64,000 nucleotides of DNA from Octopus sinensis (GCF_006345805.1 NC_042997.1:158596001-158660000); one strand, 5' to 3'; positions 40,056 to 51,829 are shown, counted from the stretch's first letter. Program-made: numbers and translations. The notes: generated by a model from the letters alone, not told the origin.

Positions 40056-40315
40056 TCAAACATAAGCGTATCTTTCTCTTTCGCTTTCCCCTTCTTTTTG
40101 CCGGCTTTCTTTCACCTTTACTTATAGAACATACGTACAACATCAAACACCAGAGTCTCTCCCCCGCAATCCCCCTCTCTTTCAACTTCACTCATGGAAA
40201 CTTTGCTTTCTTTCTCTCTTCTCCCTGTTTTTTTCCTCATTTTGTGTTCCTCTCGCTTACACATATTCTCTCTCACCCTCAGTAATAGTTCCTCTCTTGT
40301 AGTCTACGTTTCTTA

Positions 40316-40363
<48 letters not shown>

Positions 40364-40577
40364 GCTCTCTTTTTCTTTCTAACTCACACATACTATTTAC
40401 ATTTCTCTCTATATTGAAAAACGTTGTGACGAATGAGATGATGGAGGAGAAATAAAGAGCCACTTCCTCACTTTGCTTCTCCGTTTCTCTCTCTCTTCTT
40501 TCACTCCCTCATTGACATTATGTACAGCACAGACATACAAATACAGAGAGAGCTGCTAATATATATATATATATATA

Positions 40578-41441
40578 TATAATTTCAACAATTGAGGGTA
40601 AAATTAATTAATTATTAATCAATTTCACCAAGTATTCAGTATGCAAAGGGACCATTTAAGGCGAATTCAAATTATTACATTATATAAAAGGGCTTAGTAA
40701 AATAAATTACTTTGCCGCATACTGAACTCATTAGAAATAGTAGCTAAAAAAACTTTTTTAAAACTATTTCTAATACTTAAAGAAAACCTCTCTCATATAG
40801 TGTTTGCTCAATTCAACTCACGAAAGTATGGGGGTAAAGACATTAAAAAATCAAATGCAAAGGTTATTTGAGAACGTACGTTTCAAGATTAGTCAACTCG
40901 ACATTTCTATCATCAGCTCAGAACTCCTTGGTTTGGATTTGAAAACACTGAAAGTGGGAGCATACCCTTTCGGCTTCTTATCGCTTCTGAAGATCTGCTC
41001 GAAACTAACAGTGCCAGCAAACTCAAATATGCAAGCGAAGAATTTCTGCTCTCCCCTTTCCACCAGCGTGGGTTAAAATCAGTAAACACTATGCTTTTTT
41101 CGGTAAAATCCGAGGCATTAAATAGAGAGAGATGAATTATAATTTCAACAATTGAGGGTAAAATTAATTAATTATTAATCAATTTCACCAAGTATTCAGT
41201 ATGCAAAGGGACCATTTAAGGCGAATTCAAATTATTACATTATATAAAAGGGCTTAGTAAAATAAATTACTTTGCCGCATACTGAACTCATTAGAAATAG
41301 TAGCTAAAAAAACTTTTTTAAAACTATTTCTAATACTTAAAGAAAACCTCTCTCATATAGTGTTTGCTCAATTCAACTCACGAAAGTATGGGGGTAAAGA
41401 CATTAAAAAATCAAATGCAAAGTTTATTTGAGAACGTACGT
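40578..41441 (-). mobile_element. A-B-A retrozyme/PLE-type element, 560-nt period, 304-bp direct repeats
   Basis: 40578-40881 and 41138-41441 match with one mismatch seen; (TA)n both sides; HHR spans the B/A junction. Confidence 0.75.
40868..40921 (-). ncRNA. Type-I hammerhead motif with canonical CTGATGA core
   Basis: Minus strand tgag-CTGATGA-tagaaatgtc(gagtt)gactaatctt-GAA-ACGTACGT-T-ctca; stem I tgag/ctca, palindromic stem III, GUU triplet; stem II only partly paired (6 of 10). Confidence 0.7.
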
Positions 41442-41484
41442 ATATATATATATATATGTATGTATGTATATACATATGTATGTA

Positions 41485-41525
<41 letters not shown>

Positions 41526-41608
41526 ATATATATATTATATATATATATATATGTATATACATATGTATGTATGCATATATATATATATACATATGTATGT
41601 ATACATAT

Positions 41609-41654
<46 letters not shown>

Positions 41655-42235
41655 ATATGAGAATCGGTCAAGAGGCAGCTGTACTTTGTATATGACGGTG
41701 ACTTCTGACAGCAATGAATATATTAGACACATACCTTATATCATTTAGGAAATCAACGTGTTATACAAAACGATATATACGTATATAAAACATTAAATAT
41801 ATGAAATAACTATCGCAAAAAATTATTAAATGTCACCTACTGAGAAAGACTTGACACGCCAATGGAATGGACGCAATTTTATATCTCACATTTCTATTCC
41901 TTTGTAAAGGAGTTTTCGACTTGAAATGCCAGGATTAATTAAATATTTCTGAAATCTTAATATTTTTTTGGTATTGTTATTTTTGATATTCTAGTTTTCT
42001 GTTTCCATTGTTCACACTTTTCCCTAACAATGATTTTATTTACATATTTCACAATGTTTTATGCGAACTACAATACTCTTCTAAAATATAAAATTTAAAA
42101 CATTTTTCTTCCCATATATAACTGAAATACCGTTGATGACCATTTCATTTCCACCATTGAAATTATGTAAAATAAGTAGCATGGTATACTGCCGTATTTG
42201 AATTTATAAGACTATCGTGTAATGATAATAATAAT

Positions 42236-42489
42236 TAGAAGAAGAAGAAGAAGAAGAAGAAGAAGAAGAAGAGGAAGAGGAAGAGGAAGAGGAAGAAGAA
42301 GAGGAAGAAGAAGAAGTGGATGAAGAAGAAGAAGAAGAAGAAGAAGAAGAAAAGGAAGAAGAAGAAGAAGAAGATAAATAGATAATTCCAGAATCGTGAA
42401 GAAGAAGAAGAAGAAGAAGATAAATAGATAATTCCAGAATCGTGAAGAAGAAGAAGAAGAAGAAGATAAATAGATAATTCCAGAATCGT
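42236..42489. repeat. (GAA)n tract ending in three 46-bp units (25-nt core plus (GAA)7)
   Basis: gataaatagataattccagaatcgt at 42373, 42419, 42465. Confidence 0.95.
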
Positions 42490-42820
42490 AAAGAAAGGTC
42501 AAGAAACAGAAAAATAAATACAACCCCTAATGTTTGAAGTAGGAAGAATTTGGAGCATGAGAACAATAAAGGCCGTGTCTTTAATAATTAGTGCGTTAAG
42601 AAAAGTAAGCAAACATATAAACAAATGACTGGAGGAAATTGAAATAGAATGCCTAGTAGAGCTCCTACAGAAAGTTTGTCTCTCAGGAAAAGCAAGGATT
42701 ATCAGGAGGGTTCTAAGCACTTGAAAGACTGCTGAAAACTTGCAGATAACTGAGACTACAGGTACTAACTTGCTACCAGGATTAAAGCCGAACTTGAGCC
42801 GAACCAAAATAATAATAATA
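42465..42820 (+). mobile_element. 5'-truncated R4/Dong-clade LINE (RLE endonuclease C-terminus, 3'UTR, (AAT)n tail)
   Basis: DNSRIVKKGQETEK*IQPLMFEVGRIWSMRTIKAVSLIISALRKV...LLQKVCLSGKARIIRRVLST* matches the R4/Dong pattern KExEKxxKYQxL..EI.R.W....V.P.VIGALG...LQK..LLG.ARI.R.VL. Confidence 0.85.
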
Positions 42821-43049
42821 GTCCTTTCTACTGAGGGCACAAGGCCTGGGATTTGGGGGAAGGGGACTAATCGATTACATTGACCTCAATACTCAACTAA
42901 CACCTTGGCCAGGATTTTGAAATCTTTACTCAGCAACGTAAGAGCCTAAAATGTTTTATTTGATCTCACATGTTTCGATTTTGTCGGAACAGTATCACCT
43001 CTCCTCTACCCACAGTGCTTGGAATTCTCCGTTCTGCTGCTGGTTGTAG

Positions 43050-43420
43050 TAGATATCTTCTTAAAAGCCGCCAAACACACCTGGCATATAAAAGTAAAGC
43101 ACATAGGGCACACCATCAAGGCCAGACAATTTGCATCCTGTGCAGCACATTATTATATCATATATTTCCATTTCAGTTATAGGCATTTCGCAATACTCCG
43201 CTCCCTCCACCTTGTCAAGAGTCCTGGCAGAGCATTAACTGCCCTCGTCGCTACTGTTCATATCCAGTACCTCCAGTTTACGTTCTGCGGGAAGATGGCG
43301 CTTATCTTGATATCCAGGGCTTTCCGGAACAAGACCGCAGGTCCATGCTTCATTCCCGATGAACATGGAAATAAGTAGATCTTGTATCCACTGAAAATGG
43401 GCACTAAAGCTCGTCAGCCG
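43050..43420 (+). mobile_element. Possible Penelope-like GIY-YIG remnant
   Basis: KHIGHTIKARQ (cf. YIGxTxR) and KMALILISRAFRNKTAG...ILYPL (cf. KEAIxI....NRDxG...YxPL), followed by ctgaaaatgggc-actaaa-gctc (decayed HHR-like); weak. Confidence 0.35.
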
Positions 43421-43708
43421 GAGAATCTGGTCTCAATGACACTCACGTCATCTTAACCTAGTGATCTGAGGTCACTGAGTTGGTGGCGGTGTTTCCAATG
43501 CGACCTAGAGCCACTACTCTAAACTGCTACATCAGAATGCTATGATTTTGATGAAGATAGCATTAGTTGTTCAATTTTTCTCAACTGATCAATGGACCGA
43601 TTGAATAAACCTATCAATGAATGAATGACTATCGAAAACTGCTGTGAGTCGAATTTACTATAATAAAGGAATGGATAATGAGCATTATTTATACCTTGTG
43701 TGCGTGCA

Positions 43709-43748
<40 letters not shown>

Positions 43749-44477
43749 CGCGCGCGCGTGTGTGTGTGTGTTTTTGTGTTTGTTTGTCTCCCAACCCACA
43801 GCTTGGCAACTGCTGTGTTTAAGTTCCCGTATCTTAGCAGTTCTGCCGAAGAGACCCATGAGATAATAAACAGGCTTTACAAACGACAAATACTCGTATC
43901 GATTCATTCAACTAAATCTTCTAGGTGGCGCCCCTGTATGGCTCAGACATGTAAAAGAATAAACTTCTCCACTGATGGACAACTGGTAGAATCGTTAATT
44001 AGGAAATAATTATGAAAACTACTCCATTCCTTTTACTCTCTATTACTCGTGCGTATGTGTGTCTGTGTGTCCTTGCGTGTGTGTACGCCTGCGCGCGAAC
44101 TGACATTGAGAGCAGCAATGCAGTAACATAGCTGCATTATCAGTAATTAAAAACAGAAAGAAATAAAAACACAAGAATTGCTGCAAAACAACACCAACAG
44201 AATTATGTCAACAACAATCACAGTATAGCAATTTATCAAATGGTCCTATAATTAACAGACGTCAAGAATGAACGCTGCTATAAAGTTCATGATGGCTCTT
44301 ATATTATCAGATATGAGTGCATGTCTGAGTGTACGTGTGAGTAGAGCAAGCAGAAGCCAACGGAAAATCGAGCAAATTCTTTGAGGAAAAATTGTACAGG
44401 GATGCCACGTGATAAGTTTGGGATTTTCCAAATATTTGAAAGGATATTTTGAAAATAATGTTGGTTTCAAATCTTGG

Positions 44478-44825
44478 TAGTGTTCAACTGGTATTTATTT
44501 TATCGACCCTGAAATGATGAAAGGTAGCTGACCCCGGCGGTATTTGAACTCAGAACATAAAGGCGGACGAATCGCCGCTAAGCAATTTGCCAAGCGTACT
44601 GACAAGTCGGCCAGCTCGCCGCTTTAAATGTGAAAATAATGTTGATTTGAAATGTTGGCACAAAGCCAGCAATTTCAGGAGAGGGGTAAGCCGATTGCAT
44701 CGAACCCGATAGGATGAAAGGCAAAGTTGAACCCGGCGGTATCTGAACCCAGAAGCTAAAGACGGACGGAAAACCGCTAAGAAATTTGACCGGTGTGCTA
44801 ACATTTCAGCTAGCTTACCGCCTTA
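44478..44825 (-). mobile_element. Two tandem SINE family A copies
   Basis: cggcggtatttgaactcagaac...cggccagctcgccgcttt and a second copy ending gctagcttaccgcctt. Confidence 0.88.
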
Positions 44826-45261
44826 AATGTGAAGATGATCGAAAAAATATAAACGGAATTGATATTTACATTATTTGAATTGAGTTAAAGTTGATTTAAA
44901 ATGCCGTTAAGGTGAGAGTGGGTATCGCCGAAGTCATCAGAAATTCCTTCCAACTTTCAGGAAGAATGCGTAAATTTTAAAGACAATGTGTCATTTAGAT
45001 ATTATATTCAAGGTCCTCAATTTTTGTAATTGCATTGACTCCTCGAGTTTTGGACGACATCATGGAAGACCATTACAATTAATCTTGAAGCCAAAGAAAA
45101 GTTAGAAACGGTGCCTTTGATCCTGCATCAAGAAGATAAAGTTGTAATACAATCACACTAATATATATATAGTTGAAATTTATAATTGAAACGAAAGACG
45201 AAGACAGGTGTATTAACAACAAGAAAATGTATTTGTTTGACGATCGGGAAAATGAAAGCGT

Positions 45262-45297
45262 CTTTTATGTTTAGAACCTACGCTCTTCAACAGAAAG
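45262..45297 (-). ncRNA. Degenerate hammerhead-like motif, same family as 28585 (core CTGTTGA)
   Basis: Minus strand cttt-CTGTTGA-a-gagc(gtag)gttc-TAAA-CATA-aaag; GAAA mutated to TAAA. Confidence 0.6.
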
Positions 45298-46039
45298 GAA
45301 TAAGATAAAATAAACAGAGAGAGAATGAAAAAAACTTGTAGATTTCAACGCTGATTGAACTTCCCGAACTTTCAGCACCTCTCTTCATCCATATACCAGC
45401 ACTCCACCCAGATTACCACTGGATCTACTGATTTTACTTTCATGGATTTCACTGGATTTTTTCGTTGATATATATATATATATATATAAATCTAATGATA
45501 AAACTTTTGTCGGAGGGACCATATCTATCTCAATATTTATCTTTCCGATTCGTGCATCTGGGGGTGATGTGATTAATTGACAGAAATAAGGAAGAGAAGC
45601 TTAACCCAGAAAATCCAACTGAAATAGCCTACATGTGCATTTTACTTCGTTGTAGACAATATTAAAGGCTCCAAAATACAAGTGGAGTGAGACATTAGTA
45701 AATCCAAGGCCGATATTTTGTATGTTTCCGTATAAATGCAGACGCACATACGTAGGTACAAATACAGTTATGTAAACACACGTTTTGGTCAGTGTATATT
45801 TAAATTTATTCGCAAGTTTGCATATGAGCATGCGATATCACATTAAGTAAAAATCATTGATATTTATTCAAATGCCTGCTTTAAACCATAGTCTGGATTT
45901 AATTACAGAGTCAGCTATACACTTTAACATAAGTATGTATGAAGAAATTTAATGGTTCCAAACGGAAACCATATTGTAGACACACACGTAAGCATGTGCA
46001 TGTTGTGTGCGTGTATGCACTATTGCGGTGATATATATG

Positions 46040-46174
46040 TGAGTATGGATATATGAATATATATGCGTGTGCGTGTATTATGTAAGTATGTATATATGTA
46101 TGTATAAATATATGTATATATATATGTATATATATATGTATATATATATATGTATATATATATATACGTATGCA

Positions 46175-46207
<33 letters not shown>

Positions 46208-46289
46208 TTATATATATACATATATATATTTATATATATATATATTTATATATATACATATTATATTTATATATATACATATATATATT

Positions 46290-46355
<66 letters not shown>

Positions 46356-46500
46356 ATATTTATATATATACATATATATATTTATATATATATATATATA
46401 TATACGTATGCATATATATATGTATGTACATATATATATATATATATACATTTATGTGTGCATATATATATTTGTATATATGTGTGTATATGTGTGTGTA
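46040..46500. repeat. Long degenerate (TA)n microsatellite
   Basis: Direct reading. Confidence 0.97.
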
Positions 46501-47108
46501 CACACATTCGCACGGGCGCAGTTGATTATGCGTTATTGTATGAGCGTGTTTGTGCGTGTGTACGATGAAATTAAGATTATTAGTAAAATGCGTCGCTGTA
46601 ATTTTTAACTATAAACGATTTTAAAACAGTTTATGTTATCCATGTCACTTTCAATAATACACAGAAATGTAAGCTTTCCTTAAGTGTTTTGAAGAGTTAC
46701 TTCAGTGTAGCATCCATGTGATAAATAGTTCGTATTAATAAAAATTATCGAAATAATATCCACGGATAAGTCAACGTTATTTTATTCTTTATGCAATACT
46801 TAATGTCATAATACATACTTATCAGCTTTCATTTCGAGGATCGCTATGTTTCTATTCTTAGATTTCGCTGAATCGTTGTAAGTATATAAAGTATATAAAG
46901 ATTTTGCTGCAAAATCCTATTCCTTCTTGTTCAGACATAAGACTTACCAAAAAAGATATGTGACTGTTCTTGGGTAATTGAATTTGTATGTTTTTGCCTG
47001 TGTACGTCTAGATTAATAGAGAGATAGCTAGATAACTAGCTAGCTAGATAACTAGCTAGCTAGTTAAAGCGAGAGAGGTGGGAGAGAAGGTGGCCAAGAC
47101 TATTTTTT

Positions 47109-47520
47109 ATTTCTTTATTGCCTGCAAGAGGCTAAACATAGAGGGGACAATCAAGGACAGACAAACAGATTAAGTCGATTATATCGACCCCAGTGCGTAA
47201 CTGGTACTTATTTAATCGACCCCGAAAGGATGAAAGGAAAAGTCGACCTCGGCGGAATTTGAACTCAGAATGTAACGGCAGACGAATACCTATTTCTTTA
47301 CTACACACAAGGGGCTAAACACAGAGAGGACAAACAAGGACAGACAAATGGATTAAATCGATTATATCGACCACAGTTCGAAACTGGTACTTATTTAATC
47401 GACCCCGAAAGGATGAAAGGCAAAATCGACCTCGGCAGAATTTCAACTCAGAACGTAGCAGCAGACGAAATACCGCTAAGTATGTCACCCGGCGTGCTAA
47501 CGTTTCTGCCAGCTCGCTGC
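47109..47520 (-). mobile_element. Dimeric SINE family A (same architecture as 14167-14576)
   Basis: Minus strand: full monomer, junction aaagaaataggtattcgtc, second monomer ending tatgtttagcctcttgcaggcaataaagaaat. Confidence 0.9.
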
Positions 47521-47529
47521 CTTTTTTTT

Positions 47530-47645
47530 GCGTGGAGCTTAGGTGTTTCGCTCATAAACACAGACATCGCCCGGTTTGAGATTCGAACACGTGATCCCTC
47601 GACCGTGAGTCCGCTGCTGTAACCACTAGGCCATGTGCATCCACC
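47530..47645 (-). mobile_element. SINE family C head
   Basis: Minus strand gtggatgcacatggcctagtggttacagcagcggactcacggtcgagggatcacgtgttcgaatctc (A box, B box). Confidence 0.8.
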
Positions 47646-47679
47646 AAGACTATTTCTGTTAAACACTAACGGTAGAGAG

Positions 47680-47755
47680 AACTCACTTCCGCTTTCGCTT
47701 ATGCTATACCTTCTGTGCCTTAACAAATGTGGGAACTACGGAAATGGCGGTGTTT
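47680..47755. promoter_or_regulatory. Possible housekeeping-type promoter motif cluster
   Basis: CACTTCCG (ETS-like, 47684) and GAAATGGCGG (YY1-like, 47741) within 60 bp of non-repetitive sequence; motif match only. Confidence 0.2.
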
Positions 47756-48117
47756 CATTTTCGCATATGCATGTGGTATCATGACCACCGAATAACAAAC
47801 GCTGTCTGATGTGTTTCCAAAAATCCAAGTATTGACTTGGGCTTATAAAAATAGGCTGACAAAGCACAGTTTATTTAGACTTTGAACTTTGCAATGTCAA
47901 AAGCTTATGGGGTATGACTGATATGCTTTCTGAATCTATCAAAGCGTAAAATTAATAGGGAAGTCAGAAAGAAGAAAGAATGATAAAAGAAAACAAACAT
48001 TGCAAATTTCAAGTGATAGCATCTTTCTCCCATATAGTTTTATATACACATGTAATTAAAAATGTGCGTGTTTGTAGTTAAGAATGTGTGCGTTTGGGTG
48101 AGAGAGAGAGAGAGAGG

Positions 48118-48156
<39 letters not shown>

Positions 48157-48612
48157 CGTGCGTGTGTGTGTGTGTGAGTGTGTGTGTGTGTGTGTGTCCG
48201 TGTCCGTGTCCGTGTGTGTGTGTGTGTGTGTGTCCGTCCGTGTCCGTGTCCGAAGGCAATCAGAGAAGGATATACACTTTAACATTCAGAGAGAAATTCG
48301 ACATATTCCTTTAATCAATATTAACCAAATCAACTACACCCGGCTATGTCTTGGCAATCAACTACTAACTCGAGTAAGTTAATATGTCCTAAACCCGGAT
48401 TTTAAAACGAAACTATTTCTATTAGTTCTATTAAGTTAGGCATGGCCTGCGAAAATAATGGTTACATTTTTTTAGTTGTGTAAATTATATACAGACATAC
48501 CACATGCAAATAATTGATTTCATTCGGGCTTTGTCAACATTACTGAACGTCATGTAAGATTATTTACACGATTTACATTTGACAGATATTTGTCCTCATC
48601 TTGTTTGTTGTT

Positions 48613-48658
48613 AACACAACGTTTCGGCTGATAATCTCACCAGCCTTCATCAGGTTTC
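48613..48658 (-). ncRNA. Minimal type-I hammerhead, intact core
   Basis: gaaac-CTGATGA-a-ggctg(gtgagattat)cagcc-GAAA-CGTT-gtgtt; 5-bp stem II, palindromic AACGTT stem III, GUU triplet. Confidence 0.8.
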
Positions 48659-48740
48659 TTAGGGAAATTTCGAATTTGGGTTGTCATTTTTAAGGTATTT
48701 TTCGATGTTATTATTATTATTATCATTATTATTATTATTA

Positions 48741-48792
<52 letters not shown>

Positions 48793-48843
48793 CAACATTG
48801 AAAAATGCATAGGAATGGGAACTCAGGTTCGAAATTTCCCCAA

Positions 48844-48889
48844 GACACCTGATGAAGGCTTGAAGGTATATCAGCCGAAATGTTGTGTT
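48844..48889 (+). ncRNA. Minimal type-I hammerhead, intact core
   Basis: gacac-CTGATGA-a-ggct(tgaaggtatatc)agcc-GAAA-TGTT-gtgtt; stem I gacac/gtgtt. Confidence 0.78.
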
Positions 48890-49246
48890 AACAACAAACA
48901 ACATGAGGACAAATATCCGTCAAATGTAAATAATGTAAATAACGTACGTAATTCCTCATCGCTTAAATATAGAACTGTATTATCATTTAAGATGCCCCCC
49001 AAAATTTTTCCCCTCGTAAGCAAGCTTATCAGGATTATCGGTTTAAGCGAAAAAGCCCGGCAATAAGAAGGATGCTTTAACTTATACGATTGGCAATAAC
49101 AAGACTCATACACGCAAGCAAGTTCACATACACACACACACATAGACACTATTACGTGTGTTTGTACGTGCGTGTGTGTGTGTGTGTTTCTTCGTGTTTG
49201 GTGTTTTATATGTCCTTTAAATTTAGCAAGTAAATCATTATTACCA

Positions 49247-49290
49247 CTAGCGAGACCCGTGAATATTTCACAGAATTAATGGTAAACCTA
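49247..49290 (-). mobile_element. Helitron 3' terminus
   Basis: Minus strand ctgtgaa-ata-ttcacgg hairpin then gtctcgCTAG|T. Confidence 0.6.
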
Positions 49291-49514
49291 CTGGGTTATT
49301 TCTGAAGACTTTATCCAAAAAATCTGAAAGTGTAGTTTCGTTTTTTTAAAATACATTTCACTATCCAATAACCACCGCCACCTCCATCTACACCACCTCC
49401 ACCACCAGCACCACCATCACCACGTCCACCACCACTAACTCTACTACTGCTACCACCACCTCCATCTCCACCACTATCACCGTCGTCTCTCCCCCTCTCT
49501 TTTCTCTCTCTCTC

Positions 49515-49555
<41 letters not shown>

Positions 49556-50319
49556 CTTTAACTTCCCGATCAGAACATCAGCCCTCTGCTAAAATTATAT
49601 TTTCAACGCTCGTCCTCTACAGCATCTCTTCCTTGAAATAATTTTTAAATCACGTAATAAATATTATGTTCCCCCTACTTCACATTATGGACACTTCTCT
49701 CTCCGCCTTTTACTCTCCCCGTCTTTTTCTGTCACCGTTTTTTCTTTCTCCCTCTTTCTGTCTCACTCTTCGTCTAATCCTCTTTTTCCCTCACTTTTTT
49801 TCTTTCTTCTCTTTCTCCCTTCAACTAATCACGGAAGAACGTTACAATTACATTCCTTCTACCTCACATCAGGGACGTTTCTCATTTCCTCTTTTTATCT
49901 CTCCCTCTTTTCTATCTCATTTTGTTTTCTCTAATCCCGTGATGGCGTTACCGAAAGGCAAAGTAACGGAATGACAAGCAGAGTTATTATAAGATTATTT
50001 GTTTTGTGATTATTTCTGTCTTATAACCATTGTTTTGTCGGTGTTACGCTTTGTAAATGTCCTCCACCTATTGTCCATGTTATAATAAACAAACTGCAAA
50101 TGTCGAACGAACTACCTTGAGTTATTTAGGTACCTTGGGATCGACTGTGATTTTTATCCTTCGGAGGTCAATAAGAAAGTACCAGTTGCATATTGCGGAC
50201 GATTTGCCCATCTCGATCTCGAGATCTGAGGCCAATACTGGAAATCAATATTGATATTGCAGCAGCACCAACACTGCCACCACCACCACCATTAGTTGAA
50301 GCAGCAGCAGTTGAAAAAG

Positions 50320-50355
50320 TAGTGGTGGTAGTATTAGTATTAGTAGTAGTAGTAA

Positions 50356-50412
<57 letters not shown>
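50320..50412. repeat. (GTA)n microsatellite
   Basis: Direct reading. Confidence 0.95.
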
Positions 50413-51119
50413 ACATCGTAATATTATTCTCGTTAATCAAATAATCTACTGCACGTGCAATTGATTCCTTCTTTAGCTACATATTTACAACATTTTATCT
50501 CGTATATGACACTGCCACATGTTTTAAAGATGGGAGAGTAAGATCTTGCAACTGAAACAGAGATGGAATTAGAAACAAAAAAACAAAAAACAAAAACAAA
50601 ACAAAAGGGAGGCGGGGTTGCAGAGGAATAGTGGAGGGGGAGGGGGGAAAAGTATAATAATAATTGATGAAATCAGACAAAAATTTAAATATATACATAA
50701 ATATTATATAAAAAGGTGAGAGGAGAAACTACGGGAGGCTACGAATATTACTAAGCCGTTGCATCTGTATAAGACAGCAGTATTACTGTAAAAGGACGTG
50801 AGATTAAGCCAAATACAGCATACGCAAACATACACACGTTCAATACATCACACAAATGGGCACAAACAGGCTTACGACCAATAACAGTGCACATATGAAT
50901 ACATATGGACAATATTATACACGAACATGCTCAAGTACAATACATTATACATATATACATACATACATGCAATATATTGAACAAATATATACATAGCACA
51001 AGTAGAAATAGGATTAAATATCCCACATTTCACTTGCTTTTATACACTACAGATTGAAAAATCTAATCTCTTATACAGAGTTCCGCAGAGAGAGAGAGAG
51101 AGAGTAGCCAAGCAGGCGA

Positions 51120-51149
51120 TAAGTAGTAGTAGTAGTAGTAGTAGTAGTA

Positions 51150-51211
<62 letters not shown>

Positions 51212-51285
51212 TTGGTAGTAGTAGCAGCAGTAGTAGTAGCAATAGCAGTAGTAGTAGCAATAGCAGTAGTAGTAGTAGTAGTAGC

Positions 51286-51340
<55 letters not shown>

Positions 51341-51345
51341 CAAGC
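51120..51345. repeat. (GTA)n/(GCA) interrupted microsatellite
   Basis: Direct reading. Confidence 0.95.
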
Positions 51346-51829
51346 AGTAGCTGCAGTAATATTAACATCTCAGTACCAGTAGTAGGAGTAAAAGTAGTAA
51401 AAATAATAGTAACAGCAGCCGTAGTGGCAATAACACCTGTAAAAGAAAATTACTTCTATATTTGGTCAAAATTAACACTACAGTGATATATGCATTGTGT
51501 GTTTGAGCGATTGAGTGGTTAAGATAATCGTTCCTCAGTTACAGGGTTTCGGGCTTGATCCCGCTGGACGGCTCTTTAGGAATCTGTCTTTTTGAAAAAG
51601 TGCCGAATCAACAAAACGGAATTTAGTAATTTGGTAGTTTGAAATTGTTTGAAATCATGTTGCAAGGGCTGTTTTTCTTCTTGGACAGTTAGGTTTAATC
51701 TGTTACTATGATTAATCTGAAAGAAACCGTTATATAATCGAGTGATTGCTAGAAATTCCACCAATTCGTCATTCAACCCAAACCCCATCGTTATAAAAAT
51801 ATTGGGGGTGCAAGACAGTTAATGTAGTG

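Larger units (their letters stand above)
48558..48975. mobile_element. Inverted (fold-back) pair of PLE terminal repeats around (TTA)n/(AAT)n
   Basis: Left arm 48558-48740 is the reverse complement of right arm 48741-48942; same family as 15225-15380. Confidence 0.85.

Noticed and set aside
40620-40770. CTAATGA followed by a ttcagtatgc/gcatactgaa inverted repeat on the minus strand (possible third HHR)
   Set aside because: Core mismatched, GAAA not adjacent to the stem, and no stem I; only the inverted repeat itself is real.
40804-41076. 90-aa ORF in the A-B-A element
   Set aside because: Starts at TTG, is antisense to the canonical HHR, and has no recognisable domain.
42373-42489. Regularly spaced 25-nt repeats superficially like a CRISPR array
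   Set aside because: Spacers are identical (GAA)n, the context is eukaryotic, and the repeat is LINE-derived.
47575-47645. tRNA-like sequence with A and B boxes (also at 29383 and near 37290)
   Set aside because: These continue into SINE bodies and lack a complete cloverleaf; they are SINE heads, not tRNA genes.
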